Origin: a virus
Direction: 5' to 3' (one strand)
DNA: 64,000 nucleotides
IMG/VR virus record: IMGVR_UViG_3300021142_000013
Location: 1 to 64,000 of that record
Shown here piece after piece: positions 1 through 7,841 of this stretch. The position numbers and the translations under genes were made by a program. How positions within the stretch are numbered: position 1 is the first letter of the stretch; each line of letters begins with the position of its first letter. The notes beneath the pieces are model-generated. The model searched no databases, had not been told where the DNA came from, and saw only the letters and a program-made list of their open reading frames with translations.

Positions 1-235
1 CAGCAGCAGCAGCATCAGCAGCAGCAGTAGCAGCAGCATAAGCAGCATCAGCATAAGCAGCAGCATCAGCATCAGCAGCATCAACAGCAGCAGCAGCAGC
101 ATCAGCAGCAGCAGCAGCATAAGCAGCAGCAGCAGTAGCAGCAGCAGCAGTAACAGCAGCAGCAGCATAAGCAGCAGCAGCAGTAACAGCAGTAACAGCA
201 GCAGCATAAGCAGCAGCAGCATCAGCAGCAGCATT
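1..235. repeat. Degenerate (CAG/GCT)n trinucleotide tract encoding poly-Ala interrupted by D/Y/T/V
   Basis: cagcagcagc... runs with catca/cataa/gtaa interruptions; in frame with the minus-strand ORF. Confidence 0.9.
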
Positions 236-511
236 GTTTAATTCTTCTCTAGTAGCTTGATCATTACCGAACTTAATAGCAACATCTATTGCATTGGTAC
301 TTCTGGAATCTTGCATTAAATGTCTAACCGTATCAGCACAATATGCTTTAACTAACATAAGAAGTTTTAAATCACCTCTATTAGTTTTTTTAAATAACCA
401 AAGTAACCAATCTCCTCTATGACAAGTTGTATATATTTCTTGCCAAGATTTACCCTCTGCCCAAACTTGTGCTTTTTTACAAGCATTTAGTTTAATTAAT
501 AATTCTTTCAT
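2..511 (-). CDS. Ala-rich phage hypothetical protein (Imm5-like helical family), truncated by window edge
   Basis: Hand translation from ATG at 511: MKELLIKLNACKKAQVWAEGKSWQEIYTTCHRGDWLLWLF...DSRSTNAIDVAIKF...EELNNAAADAAAAYAAA...; open to the window start, so absent from the ORF track. Confidence 0.75.
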   Translation of the reverse strand, partial: MKELLIKLNACKKAQVWAEGKSWQEIYTTCHRGDWLLWLFKKTNRGDLKLLMLVKAYCADTVRHLMQDSRSTNAIDVAIKFGNDQATREELNNAAADAAAAYAAAVTAVTAAAAYAAAAVTAAAATAAAAYAAAAADAAAAAVDAADADAAAYADAAYAAATAAADAAAA

Positions 512-538
512 ATGAATAATTTTAATAGTCAATAAGTG

Positions 539-712
539 TTAGTTTAATGAAAATTTTGGAAATAAAAGATCTTTTAACCTATTATGGTTATAGAATTCTT
601 TTATTATGGACTTTGAAGTTTCGTGATATAGATTACAATTAAAAGTAACAATTACTATCAAATGTTCTAATCTATTAGTTTTAATGTTCTTGCAACAGTT
701 AATTGTGTTCAT
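539..712 (-). CDS. small hypothetical protein (57 aa)
   Basis: Hand-translated ATG..TAA ORF, co-oriented with neighbours; no motif. Confidence 0.3.
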   Translation of the reverse strand: MNTINCCKNIKTNRLEHLIVIVTFNCNLYHETSKSIIKEFYNHNRLKDLLFPKFSLN

Positions 713-788
713 ATAATAAATTTTATTAATGAGTAATAATGGTATAGTAGAAGATGTAATAAACTATAAATTTTTAAAGTGGTTGTTT

Positions 789-1118
789 TTATAAATTATT
801 TTCGTCCTTGAATTGTTTTAGAGCTTTTTCATATGTGATAGGTTTCTTTACCCTTTCATTAGATATTGAAATATTCCAACCATCAAAAAATGCATCTTCA
901 ATTAAATTTTTCATCCTTTCAATCTCTGCTTTCAGTTCTTCAATTTCTTTAGCGTTCTCGGAGTTGTATCTATTAAGTAGTTCACATACAGTACTATAAT
1001 CATAAAACGCACCATTTAATGTTTGCGTTAATGAAATATTCTTTTGTTTTAATAGCCAATCACCAACTGGTTTTAACTCTTTCGCTTTCTGTTCAATCAT
1101 TTCTTTTGTGAATGTCAT
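789..1118 (-). CDS. hypothetical protein
   Basis: 109-aa ORF, ATGA-type 4-bp overlap with upstream gene, coiled-coil segment. Confidence 0.7.
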   Translation of the reverse strand: MTFTKEMIEQKAKELKPVGDWLLKQKNISLTQTLNGAFYDYSTVCELLNRYNSENAKEIEELKAEIERMKNLIEDAFFDGWNISISNERVKKPITYEKALKQFKDENNL

Positions 1119-1330
1119 TTTAGTTGGTCTTTGATGTTAAGAATTGATTGTTTGTTTACGGTTGGCTCATTTCCATTATCCATATAAGCCGAAGCCACTT
1201 CGACACATTCATCCACAACCTGCCTGCCATATTCGAGCATTGCTTGTTTTACTTCCTTCTTTGTTTCTGGAAATTTATCCCAAAATCCTATTGGACTATA
1301 AAAATTAAGTATTTCTTCTGCTGTTTTCAT
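1115..1330 (-). CDS. hypothetical protein
   Basis: 71-aa ORF in a tightly packed leftward run; MKTAEEIL start typical of small phage genes. Confidence 0.7.
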   Translation of the reverse strand: MKTAEEILNFYSPIGFWDKFPETKKEVKQAMLEYGRQVVDECVEVASAYMDNGNEPTVNKQSILNIKDQLK

Positions 1331-1337
1331 TTATATT

Positions 1338-1544
1338 CTAATTTTGTAATTTATTTTTAATAATAGCATACTGAATAGCTTGCATCCATTTTTTATCTTT
1401 AGTTTTCATATCAACTGCAAGCATAACAACATAACCTAAAAATCTAGTTTGTTCATTTGAGTATCTATGATCTAAGTTATCCATAAAAAACTTTTTAAGC
1501 TTTGGATATTTAATAGTTTCAAGATGTTGTAGTACGGTTTTCAT
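1338..1544 (-). CDS. hypothetical protein
   Basis: 68-aa ORF, tight spacing. Confidence 0.6.
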   Translation of the reverse strand: MKTVLQHLETIKYPKLKKFFMDNLDHRYSNEQTRFLGYVVMLAVDMKTKDKKWMQAIQYAIIKNKLQN

Positions 1545-1557
1545 TTTCTTTTTATAG

Positions 1558-1761
1558 TTATTTCTTTAGGAAAACTTCATTGAATAATACTATTAATCTA
1601 GTAAATCCAGTTATACCTAATCCTATAACAGTAATAAAAAGTAGCCCGATATCTATATTTTCTAGCATTGGGTTATCAGTTATCTCTGACATTACAGAAA
1701 AACTTACACAAATTAGGTATAAGAAGAACGTTATTGAGCCAAACATTATGAGTATTTTCAT
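1558..1761 (-). CDS. small two-TM membrane protein
   Basis: Two hydrophobic stretches (ILIMFGSITFFLYLICVSF; IGLLFITVIGLGITG). Confidence 0.6.
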   Translation of the reverse strand: MKILIMFGSITFFLYLICVSFSVMSEITDNPMLENIDIGLLFITVIGLGITGFTRLIVLFNEVFLKK

Positions 1762-1791
1762 AGAATTAAATTTTTTAGTTAAATAATAATA

Positions 1792-1946
1792 AGTAATACA
1801 GTATTGTCTACCTCAGAGGTTACAACATGTAACATAATAGACGTTTTCTATTGATACACATAGTCATATTTATAAGGATTAATGATTTTATCACGCATTT
1901 CTGCTATCCTGACTATGAATTATAATCTCAAAACTACTATATTACT
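1792..1946 (-). ncRNA. candidate multi-stem structured RNA / leader
   Basis: 12-bp closing stem (1792-1803 with 1935-1946), inner CATAGTCA/TGACTATG stem, GCA-GAAA-TGC GNRA hairpin and several further hairpins; mismatches become G-U on the minus strand. Confidence 0.45.
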
Positions 1947-2297
1947 AATAAGTTAGTAGTACTATATAGATATCAACAGATAATACACAGAAGGTATATT
2001 ATTTCTATCACACAAAGTACACAAATACATAAAATAGAGATAATTACTAATTCATCTTTATCTATAAGAACAGTTATTATAAATAATAGAAGAAACGTAA
2101 TGAGAAAAACATGTATAAATATCATAATTTGTAGTTATTTTCAGTTAATAATTTGTTCATTATATCTATTCTAGTTTGAAGAGATTTGAATATATCTTCT
2201 GAATTGCTGCATTGATATATAGTTTTTGTTCAATACACTTCTTTAGGATTTATAAGATCTACCCACTTCTCACCATATATACCTATACCAAATATGT

Positions 2298-2564
2298 TCA
2301 ATGAAGCATGGCAAAATAGTTAGTTTTAATTGAAGTATATGAAATAGAATGTATATTTAGATCAAATATATCAAGTAGGTTTAAATGTTCAATATTATTG
2401 GATAGTGTAGAGTCAATAGGAGAAATAATAAAAAGTACAAAATCTCCTAAACGTTTAGTTCTCGTGAAATTTCTTTCATATCTTGCTTTAAAACCAAAGT
2501 TATGTAAGCTCTTACATAAATATTCCAATATATCTATATGACTAGATAAATGTATTTTAAACAT
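2298..2564 (-). CDS. hypothetical protein (possibly frameshifted/decayed at its 3' end)
   Basis: 88-aa ORF; a -1 frame continues past the stop but contains an in-frame TGA. Confidence 0.35.
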   Translation of the reverse strand: MFKIHLSSHIDILEYLCKSLHNFGFKARYERNFTRTKRLGDFVLFIISPIDSTLSNNIEHLNLLDIFDLNIHSISYTSIKTNYFAMLH

Positions 2565-2635
2565 AATAATAGATTTTAATTAGTTAATGCTATTTAATGT
2601 GCATATCTAAGATAAATAAATAATTTTTTGTAGAG

Positions 2636-2894
2636 TTATTGCAAGAGGTATTTAATTATGTAAAGAGTAATAATAAATCCTACGTAATTAGTTTCTTCTA
2701 AATGGAAATCTCCTGTAGATAATAACTTTTCTTTCAACTCTGGGATATTAAATTTAATAGTACATAAATCAAGCATTACTTCTAATTTAAAATTTTTTGC
2801 ATTACTCGCATCTAATTTAGTGAATAAAGATCTATTATCTCTGATAGAAGTTGGATAAGAATCGATGTTCGTTGAAAAAGCCTTTTATGTCCAT
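2636..2894 (-). pseudogene. NADAR (YbiA-like) family pseudogene
   Basis: MDIKGFFNEHRFLSNFY, then frameshift to ...AKNFKLEVMLDLCTIKFNIPELKEKLLSTGDFHLEETNY; these are NADAR blocks, but the EHxYQAxK, GRxxxxRxDW and C-terminal DxxWG...GxNxLG blocks are missing. Confidence 0.75.
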
Positions 2895-3349
2895 TTAACG
2901 CTATATTAAAATGATTAAAGTTACTGAATATATGAAAGTTTCAATAAGTACTGAAAGTTCAGAAGTGTGTGTATATCATTATTATCACTCTTAAACTAAA
3001 AACTTAGTTTTAGCTCTAAATACAATAGAATCAATGGTTTATATATCTATTATTTCACAATGAAATAAAAAAAACAGATAGAATTCAGTATAGATATACT
3101 AAATTTAACCATCTGTAACCACAAAAACTACTCACATTCATAGTAAGTTTATGTAATATGTTCTATGTTCTATTGCATTACTATTATATAAGGAGTCAAA
3201 CTAGATCCTAGTATAGATTAGTTGCAAAGAGTATAATAGTATTATAATAACAATCTATATAAGGAGCCCAATTGGCTTAAAAACTAGAATAAGATAAGAT
3301 AAAGATAGAACTATTCAATACCAGTAAGGATTACAGCTATACTTTTTTA

Positions 3350-3425
3350 ATAATAGTACAACAGTTTTCGATTATAGTACAATGTTTTTGGATTATAGTA
3401 CTATATTTATCGATAAATTTATCGA
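3350..3425. repeat. three 21-bp-period iteron-like direct repeats plus a 16-bp perfect palindrome
   Basis: ATAGTAC cores at 3353, 3374, 3395; TCGATAAATTTATCGA at 3410-3425. Confidence 0.7.
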
Positions 3426-3431
3426 AATATA

Positions 3432-3463
3432 TTTGCAAATTTGAAAAATGTTTTGTATCTTTG
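3432..3463 (+). promoter_or_regulatory. Bacteroidota sigma-A promoter
   Basis: TTTG (3432) - 20 nt - TATCTTTG (3456). Confidence 0.8.
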
Positions 3464-3479
3464 CATCAAATAATATATT

Positions 3480-3905
3480 ATGCCACAACAAGTATTCACG
3501 CAAGTAACAGAAGATTATCAAACAGGAGAGGTAATCAAAAGGGAAATATTCAGAAAATCAGTAGAGAACAAAGAACAATTTGTTAGAACTTACATAGAAG
3601 ATATAGGTCTATTAGCTAAATGTTCTGGTGCTGAGACATCTACTATGTTATGTCTATTAAAGTATACTGATTACAATACTAATAAGTTATTTATTACTGC
3701 AGATAGACGCAGAGAGATATCAGACAGTTCTGGATTGAAATTAGGAACAGTACATACTGCTATATCCAGATTAGTTAAAAAGAATCTATTAGTTAAATGC
3801 AGTAGTTCTACATATATATTGAATCCTAAGATATTCTTTTATGGTGCTGATCCAGAGAGAAGTAAAGTATTTGAAGCAATTATTAGGTATGAAATTAAAG
3901 CTTAA
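3480..3905 (+). CDS. RepL-like winged-helix replication/DNA-binding protein
   Basis: N-terminal DYQTGEV, central HTH (TVHTAISRLVKKNLL) and YILNPKIFFYG, typical of RepL-family proteins. Confidence 0.7.
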   Translation: MPQQVFTQVTEDYQTGEVIKREIFRKSVENKEQFVRTYIEDIGLLAKCSGAETSTMLCLLKYTDYNTNKLFITADRRREISDSSGLKLGTVHTAISRLVKKNLLVKCSSSTYILNPKIFFYGADPERSKVFEAIIRYEIKA

Positions 3906-4000
3906 TTGATTTGAATCCTTATACAGGGAACAACTATTGCACAATCTTTCCTACCTTTGGTAATCAAACGGTATTAATAAAACAAATATATACTGAAAGA

Positions 4001-4032
4001 TTTGGGTGGAAGCTAAATATTTTGTAACTTCG
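4001..4032 (+). promoter_or_regulatory. Bacteroidota sigma-A-like promoter
   Basis: TTTG - 20 nt - TAACTTCG. Confidence 0.55.
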
Positions 4033-4082
4033 TGAAAACTATGTACTAACTAGATTCCTTGAATAGAAATTTAAAAAATTAA

Positions 4083-4531
4083 ATGGTCGCATCAAATCAA
4101 AATGATATATTATGGACTTATGGATATGTTCCTAAAGTAAAACAATATCCTAAGAAAAAGAAAAAAGTAAAGAAATCTATAAAAAAGAAGAATCGATTAT
4201 ACTATACTGTAAATAAAAATATAGAACCTTCTGCATCAGAACAAAGAATAATAACTATACTAAGGAAACTTAATATATTCTATTGTAGAGAAGTATCTTT
4301 TGAAGGGTTTTTAGATTAAAAGATCATCCTTATAGATTTGATTTCTATTTACCCAAATATAATATAATTATTGAATATGATGGTGAGGATTATCACAAAG
4401 CAAAAGATGTAATAAAAAGAGACAATTTAAAGAATGATTTCTGCAAAAATAACAATATTAAGTTGTTGAGACTAAATAAAGCTAATTGGTATTCTTTAGA
4501 GAAAGATATTATAAGTTTCATTAGTAAGTAG
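4083..4531 (+). pseudogene. DUF559/Vsr-like PD-(D/E)xK endonuclease, split by a -1 frameshift
   Basis: SASEQRII...REVSFEG in frame 0 continues in the -1 frame as RLKDHPYRFDFYLPKYNIIIEYDGEDYH...RDNLKNDFCKNNNIKLLR; break at T5 run 4308-4312. Confidence 0.75.
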
Positions 4532-4619
4532 AATAATAGAGGCTAAAAGTTTGTTTCACATTATATAATATAACAATATAAGAAACATTTGTTAAATGTA
4601 CCTTGAGCTCCACCGCAAG

Positions 4620-4665
4620 CAAAGAGAAGACTACTCAACTCCCTAATATAAGGAGTCAAGTAGTC
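4620..4665 (-). terminator. Rho-independent terminator of the 4676-5065 gene
   Basis: GACTACTTGACTCCTT...AGGGAGTTGAGTAGTC long stem followed by TTCTCTTTT on the minus strand. Confidence 0.7.
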
Positions 4666-4675
4666 ATTCAATAGC

Positions 4676-5065
4676 CTAAGCCTCAATGTTAGCTGGAGCA
4701 GCAACACGCTTGTTGGAGAACAGGTTCTTAGCCAAAGTAGGCAACAGTTCCTTTTCTGCAATGAGAGCAATCGCATCCTCACTAAATGCTGCAGTAACCT
4801 CTTCAAAGGTTCCATGCATAGTAAGTGATGGACGATCAACTGCTGGTCCATTGTACAAAGGTTTACCATCTGCGTCAACTTCAAGCTCACCTGTTGCAGG
4901 ATCAATCTGCTGAGTTTTCTCAAAGTGTTCGGTAACAGCAATAGCCCAATCACCAACCTGAATGTTGTCACGCATGTCCTTTGGTACAAAGAACTTTTGT
5001 CCTGCTGCGTTACGAGCAACTGCTTGTTTCTCGCCTAAAAATCCAACAATTTGGATACGTTTCAT
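4676..5065 (-). CDS. hypothetical protein, first gene of the leftward (putative early) arm
   Basis: Likely start MKRIQIVGF (ATG 5065); higher GC than surroundings, followed by a strong terminator. Confidence 0.8.
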   Translation of the reverse strand: MKRIQIVGFLGEKQAVARNAAGQKFFVPKDMRDNIQVGDWAIAVTEHFEKTQQIDPATGELEVDADGKPLYNGPAVDRPSLTMHGTFEEVTAAFSEDAIALIAEKELLPTLAKNLFSNKRVAAPANIEA

Positions 5066-5233
5066 AAATATATATTTAAAAGTGAAAAAATACAAATGTC
5101 AAAGGTGGGGAGTACACCCTACCCAAATATTATAACGGGGTGTTAAAGTTGAAGTACCCTCTTCTTTTACACCTATATAAAGGTTTACCCGTATATAGAT
5201 ATAATAATAAATCTTATAATTTTTCAAATTATA

Positions 5234-5265
5234 TTTGGAAATGTTAATTTTTTTTATTAGCTTTG
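5234..5265 (+). promoter_or_regulatory. Bacteroidota sigma-A promoter driving the packaging/structural arm
   Basis: TTTG - 20 nt - TAGCTTTG. Confidence 0.75.
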
Positions 5266-5281
5266 TATAAAATTAGAAGTT

Positions 5282-5533
5282 TTGGGAATATATGAGGTAT
5301 TAGAACAAACTTGTCACATGATGCTTAGTAGAGCAAAAGGACAAGTAGTTGTTATAGAACTTACTTCAGAGTGGATAGATAAACTTAGAAAAGAGATTAA
5401 AGAAACCTTTGGTATTATCTATGATTATAAAGAAGTACATAAGTTATATTTTCCAGGAGTTACTTGTAAGATTGTAGAGTCAGATCATAATAGCCAGGAA
5501 TTTGAAAACCAATTAAAGAAAAATATAATATGA
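5282..5533 (+). CDS. hypothetical protein
   Basis: 83-aa ORF (TTG start uncertain), overlaps next gene by 4 bp. Confidence 0.55.
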   Translation: MGIYEVLEQTCHMMLSRAKGQVVVIELTSEWIDKLRKEIKETFGIIYDYKEVHKLYFPGVTCKIVESDHNSQEFENQLKKNII

Positions 5534-5871
5534 AGGCATACGTAGAAGTTAATGTATTGACATATACAGTTAAAGAAATAACTAAGTATTTTGAAAAGGG
5601 AGAAGATCCTAAAGAAGGCGATGAATGGAAAACTTTAATAGAAGATAATAATCAAGTGCCTCATGCTTATATTTCCAGGTGTAGGATAAATCCAGATAAG
5701 ATACTTTCATATACAGAAACCTTTTCAATAGATCAGTTACATATACTTAATCAGGGAGAAGAACCATCGTTTGATGTAGTAGAGCTTTCAATGGAAGATG
5801 GTCTTACAATGATACTTCAGGGAACACTTGAAGAGTTTCAGTCAAAGTTAGATAATTATTATAATAGTTAA
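5530..5871 (+). CDS. hypothetical protein
   Basis: 113-aa acidic ORF in coupled operon. Confidence 0.75.
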   Translation: MKAYVEVNVLTYTVKEITKYFEKGEDPKEGDEWKTLIEDNNQVPHAYISRCRINPDKILSYTETFSIDQLHILNQGEEPSFDVVELSMEDGLTMILQGTLEEFQSKLDNYYNS

Positions 5872-5872
5872 T

Positions 5873-6226
5873 ATGGGTTGTTTAGTAGAAATAAAAGGCA
5901 AAGGTGTAGATAGTTTTGATTTAGCACGCAAGTACTATTCAATATTGTTTCAGGTTAATAATATACCAGTTACAGCTAAAGAACTGGATTTAATCGCTTT
6001 CTCTGCTATACATGGAACTATATCAACTCCTCCTATAAGGGAAGAGTTTAGTAAAAGGTTTGGTATACCTAAAGCGAGTATTTATAATATGAGTTCTAAA
6101 TTGCAAAAGCTCAATATTTTTGTAAAAGCTTCAGATAATAAAATAAGAGTAAACCCTAAAATACAATTGGATTTTTCTAAAAAAGCATATAAGTTTATAA
6201 TTACATTATTAAAAGAAGGTGAGTAG
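5873..6226 (+). CDS. winged-helix DNA-binding protein
   Basis: KASIYNMSSKLQKLNIF...IRVNPKI wHTH-like pattern resembling the RepL-like protein. Confidence 0.55.
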   Translation: MGCLVEIKGKGVDSFDLARKYYSILFQVNNIPVTAKELDLIAFSAIHGTISTPPIREEFSKRFGIPKASIYNMSSKLQKLNIFVKASDNKIRVNPKIQLDFSKKAYKFIITLLKEGE

Positions 6227-6575
6227 GTCTATTGGAGATATATTAGATAAGAAGATATCTGATCTATTTCAGATAGATGAAGAGATTGTACATACTATTA
6301 TAATGCATGAAAAAAGTAGTGTGCGAGATGCAATGAAAAAATACAACTCTATTGAAATAAGCGGACTAGGTAAATTTACCCTTACAAGGAAACATATAGA
6401 TAAGAGGTTAAAAACATTAGAGGATATTCAAAGATCATTTCTTTTTAAACTTGAAGAAGAAACAAATGAATTTAAAATTGCTACTTTAAATAAAAGGCTG
6501 GTAGGATTAGGAGAAGAGATTAAGTTTTTAAAAGATAAGTTTTATGGATTTGAAGAAAATAGCAGAAGGATTTAG
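6219..6575 (+). CDS. HU/IHF-like DNA-binding protein
   Basis: SIEISGLGKF matches the HU/IHF beta-arm signature; such genes are typical of crAss-like phages. Confidence 0.65.
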   Translation: MSRSIGDILDKKISDLFQIDEEIVHTIIMHEKSSVRDAMKKYNSIEISGLGKFTLTRKHIDKRLKTLEDIQRSFLFKLEEETNEFKIATLNKRLVGLGEEIKFLKDKFYGFEENSRRI

Positions 6576-6864
6576 AAATCAGTTTATGCCTCCTGCAGAA
6601 TTAAAAGATTTAATTCATCAGGTACAGGAAGAAAGATTAAGTCGTTGTTTAAATTGTCGTTTTAACACTACTCCTGGGCGAATAGAGAACCTTTCTAAAT
6701 GCGATGGATGTGGATGCTTCTTAAAAACAAAGACAGCTTGTTTAAGCTGTGATTGTGGTGCAACAGTACATAATGAACGTAACCCTAATAATATTGCAGA
6801 AGTTAAATGGTATGCTGTAACAGATGAAGAAATTGAAAACCAAGTTAAAGAGAAAATAAAATGA
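6544..6864 (+). CDS. Cys-rich zinc-binding protein
   Basis: RLSRCLNC...CDGCGCFLKTKT.C...C pattern. Confidence 0.65.
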   Translation: MDLKKIAEGFRNQFMPPAELKDLIHQVQEERLSRCLNCRFNTTPGRIENLSKCDGCGCFLKTKTACLSCDCGATVHNERNPNNIAEVKWYAVTDEEIENQVKEKIK

Positions 6865-7142
6865 AAAATTACAAAAACGATATCATCCAAACCATAAAAG
6901 GAATTTGTAAGATATCTGAAGGAAGACCTTTGTCAACACATCTATCTATTGCACTATCTGAATATAGTAACTTTGATGGTATCAGTGATAAAGAATTATA
7001 CTTTATATTAGAAAAGTATAAATGTGAAATAGAACTTGATCATATAATTCCACATGATGAAGCTATTGATAGGGTAATTGAAGAAGGAACTGATTTTGAT
7101 AAACTGGTTAATGACATTTTAAATGAAGATGATGAATACTAA
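6861..7142 (+). CDS. hypothetical protein
   Basis: 93-aa ORF, coupled. Confidence 0.7.
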   Translation: MKNYKNDIIQTIKGICKISEGRPLSTHLSIALSEYSNFDGISDKELYFILEKYKCEIELDHIIPHDEAIDRVIEEGTDFDKLVNDILNEDDEY

Positions 7143-7512
7143 ATTTATAGAAAATACTATATACGAGATGGAAAATCAGATAGAAGCTAATCTTTCTGAA
7201 ATAGAAGTATATAAGCAACGTATTTCTTATTTATATGCCAAGAATAAAATATTAACAAATGAAATTGATAAAGCATATATTTCTGAAGATGAGGCATCTT
7301 GTAGCTTAAATGAAGCTTTATCATTTGATTGTAGTACAATTACTAGAACAGGTTGGACTCCTAAAGAAGAGGATTCTTTACTTGAAGGATTAAAAGAATA
7401 CAATATTATAGATAAAGGTGAATGTATAGAAGAAATTACAGATATACGTAACGGAACTCCTGTTAAAGTACAATTTAAAACCAGAGATGAAGAGTGGATT
7501 GAAATTAAATAA
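7123..7512 (+). CDS. hypothetical coiled-coil protein
   Basis: 129-aa ORF. Confidence 0.65.
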   Translation: MKMMNTKFIENTIYEMENQIEANLSEIEVYKQRISYLYAKNKILTNEIDKAYISEDEASCSLNEALSFDCSTITRTGWTPKEEDSLLEGLKEYNIIDKGECIEEITDIRNGTPVKVQFKTRDEEWIEIK

Positions 7513-7514
7513 TT

Positions 7515-7841
7515 ATGGCGACAAGTAAAAAAAATATATTTATTGCTTCAGAACTCGAATGGGCGGAGGAAAAACTTTTAGAATGGAAGGCTTATTATGA
7601 TGCAAATCCATACGGAGAATTAAAAGATAGGCTTTCGTTTAAAGAAACAAAGAATGGAGGGCTTATTCCAATGGTTGTTGCTAGTATAGAACAACAACAA
7701 AAAGCTTTAAGGGATACTCTTAAAGAGTATTTTACATTATTAGAAGTAGTTAATAGATTAAGAGAAGCAGAAGAAAAGAAGCTGGAAGTACGAGGAGATA
7801 AAGAAGTTGGTGGTATGATGCGAAGTAAATTACAAAAATAA
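7515..7841 (+). CDS. putative terminase small subunit
   Basis: 108-aa helical protein coupled (TAATG) to TerL; positional inference only. Confidence 0.45.
   Translation: MATSKKNIFIASELEWAEEKLLEWKAYYDANPYGELKDRLSFKETKNGGLIPMVVASIEQQQKALRDTLKEYFTLLEVVNRLREAEEKKLEVRGDKEVGGMMRSKLQK

Noticed and set aside
1-235. CRISPR array or DGR variable repeat
   Set aside because: Simple coding triplet repeat; no spacers, template repeat or reverse transcriptase in the window
3186-3199. ATATAAGGAGTCAA repeated at 4646-4659 (variant near 3257)
   Set aside because: One copy is part of a terminator stem and none precedes a start codon; no supportable function
4561-5019. Alternative ORFs 4561-5019(-) and 4686-4913(+)
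   Set aside because: Shadow frames of the 4676-5065 gene; the first runs through its terminator
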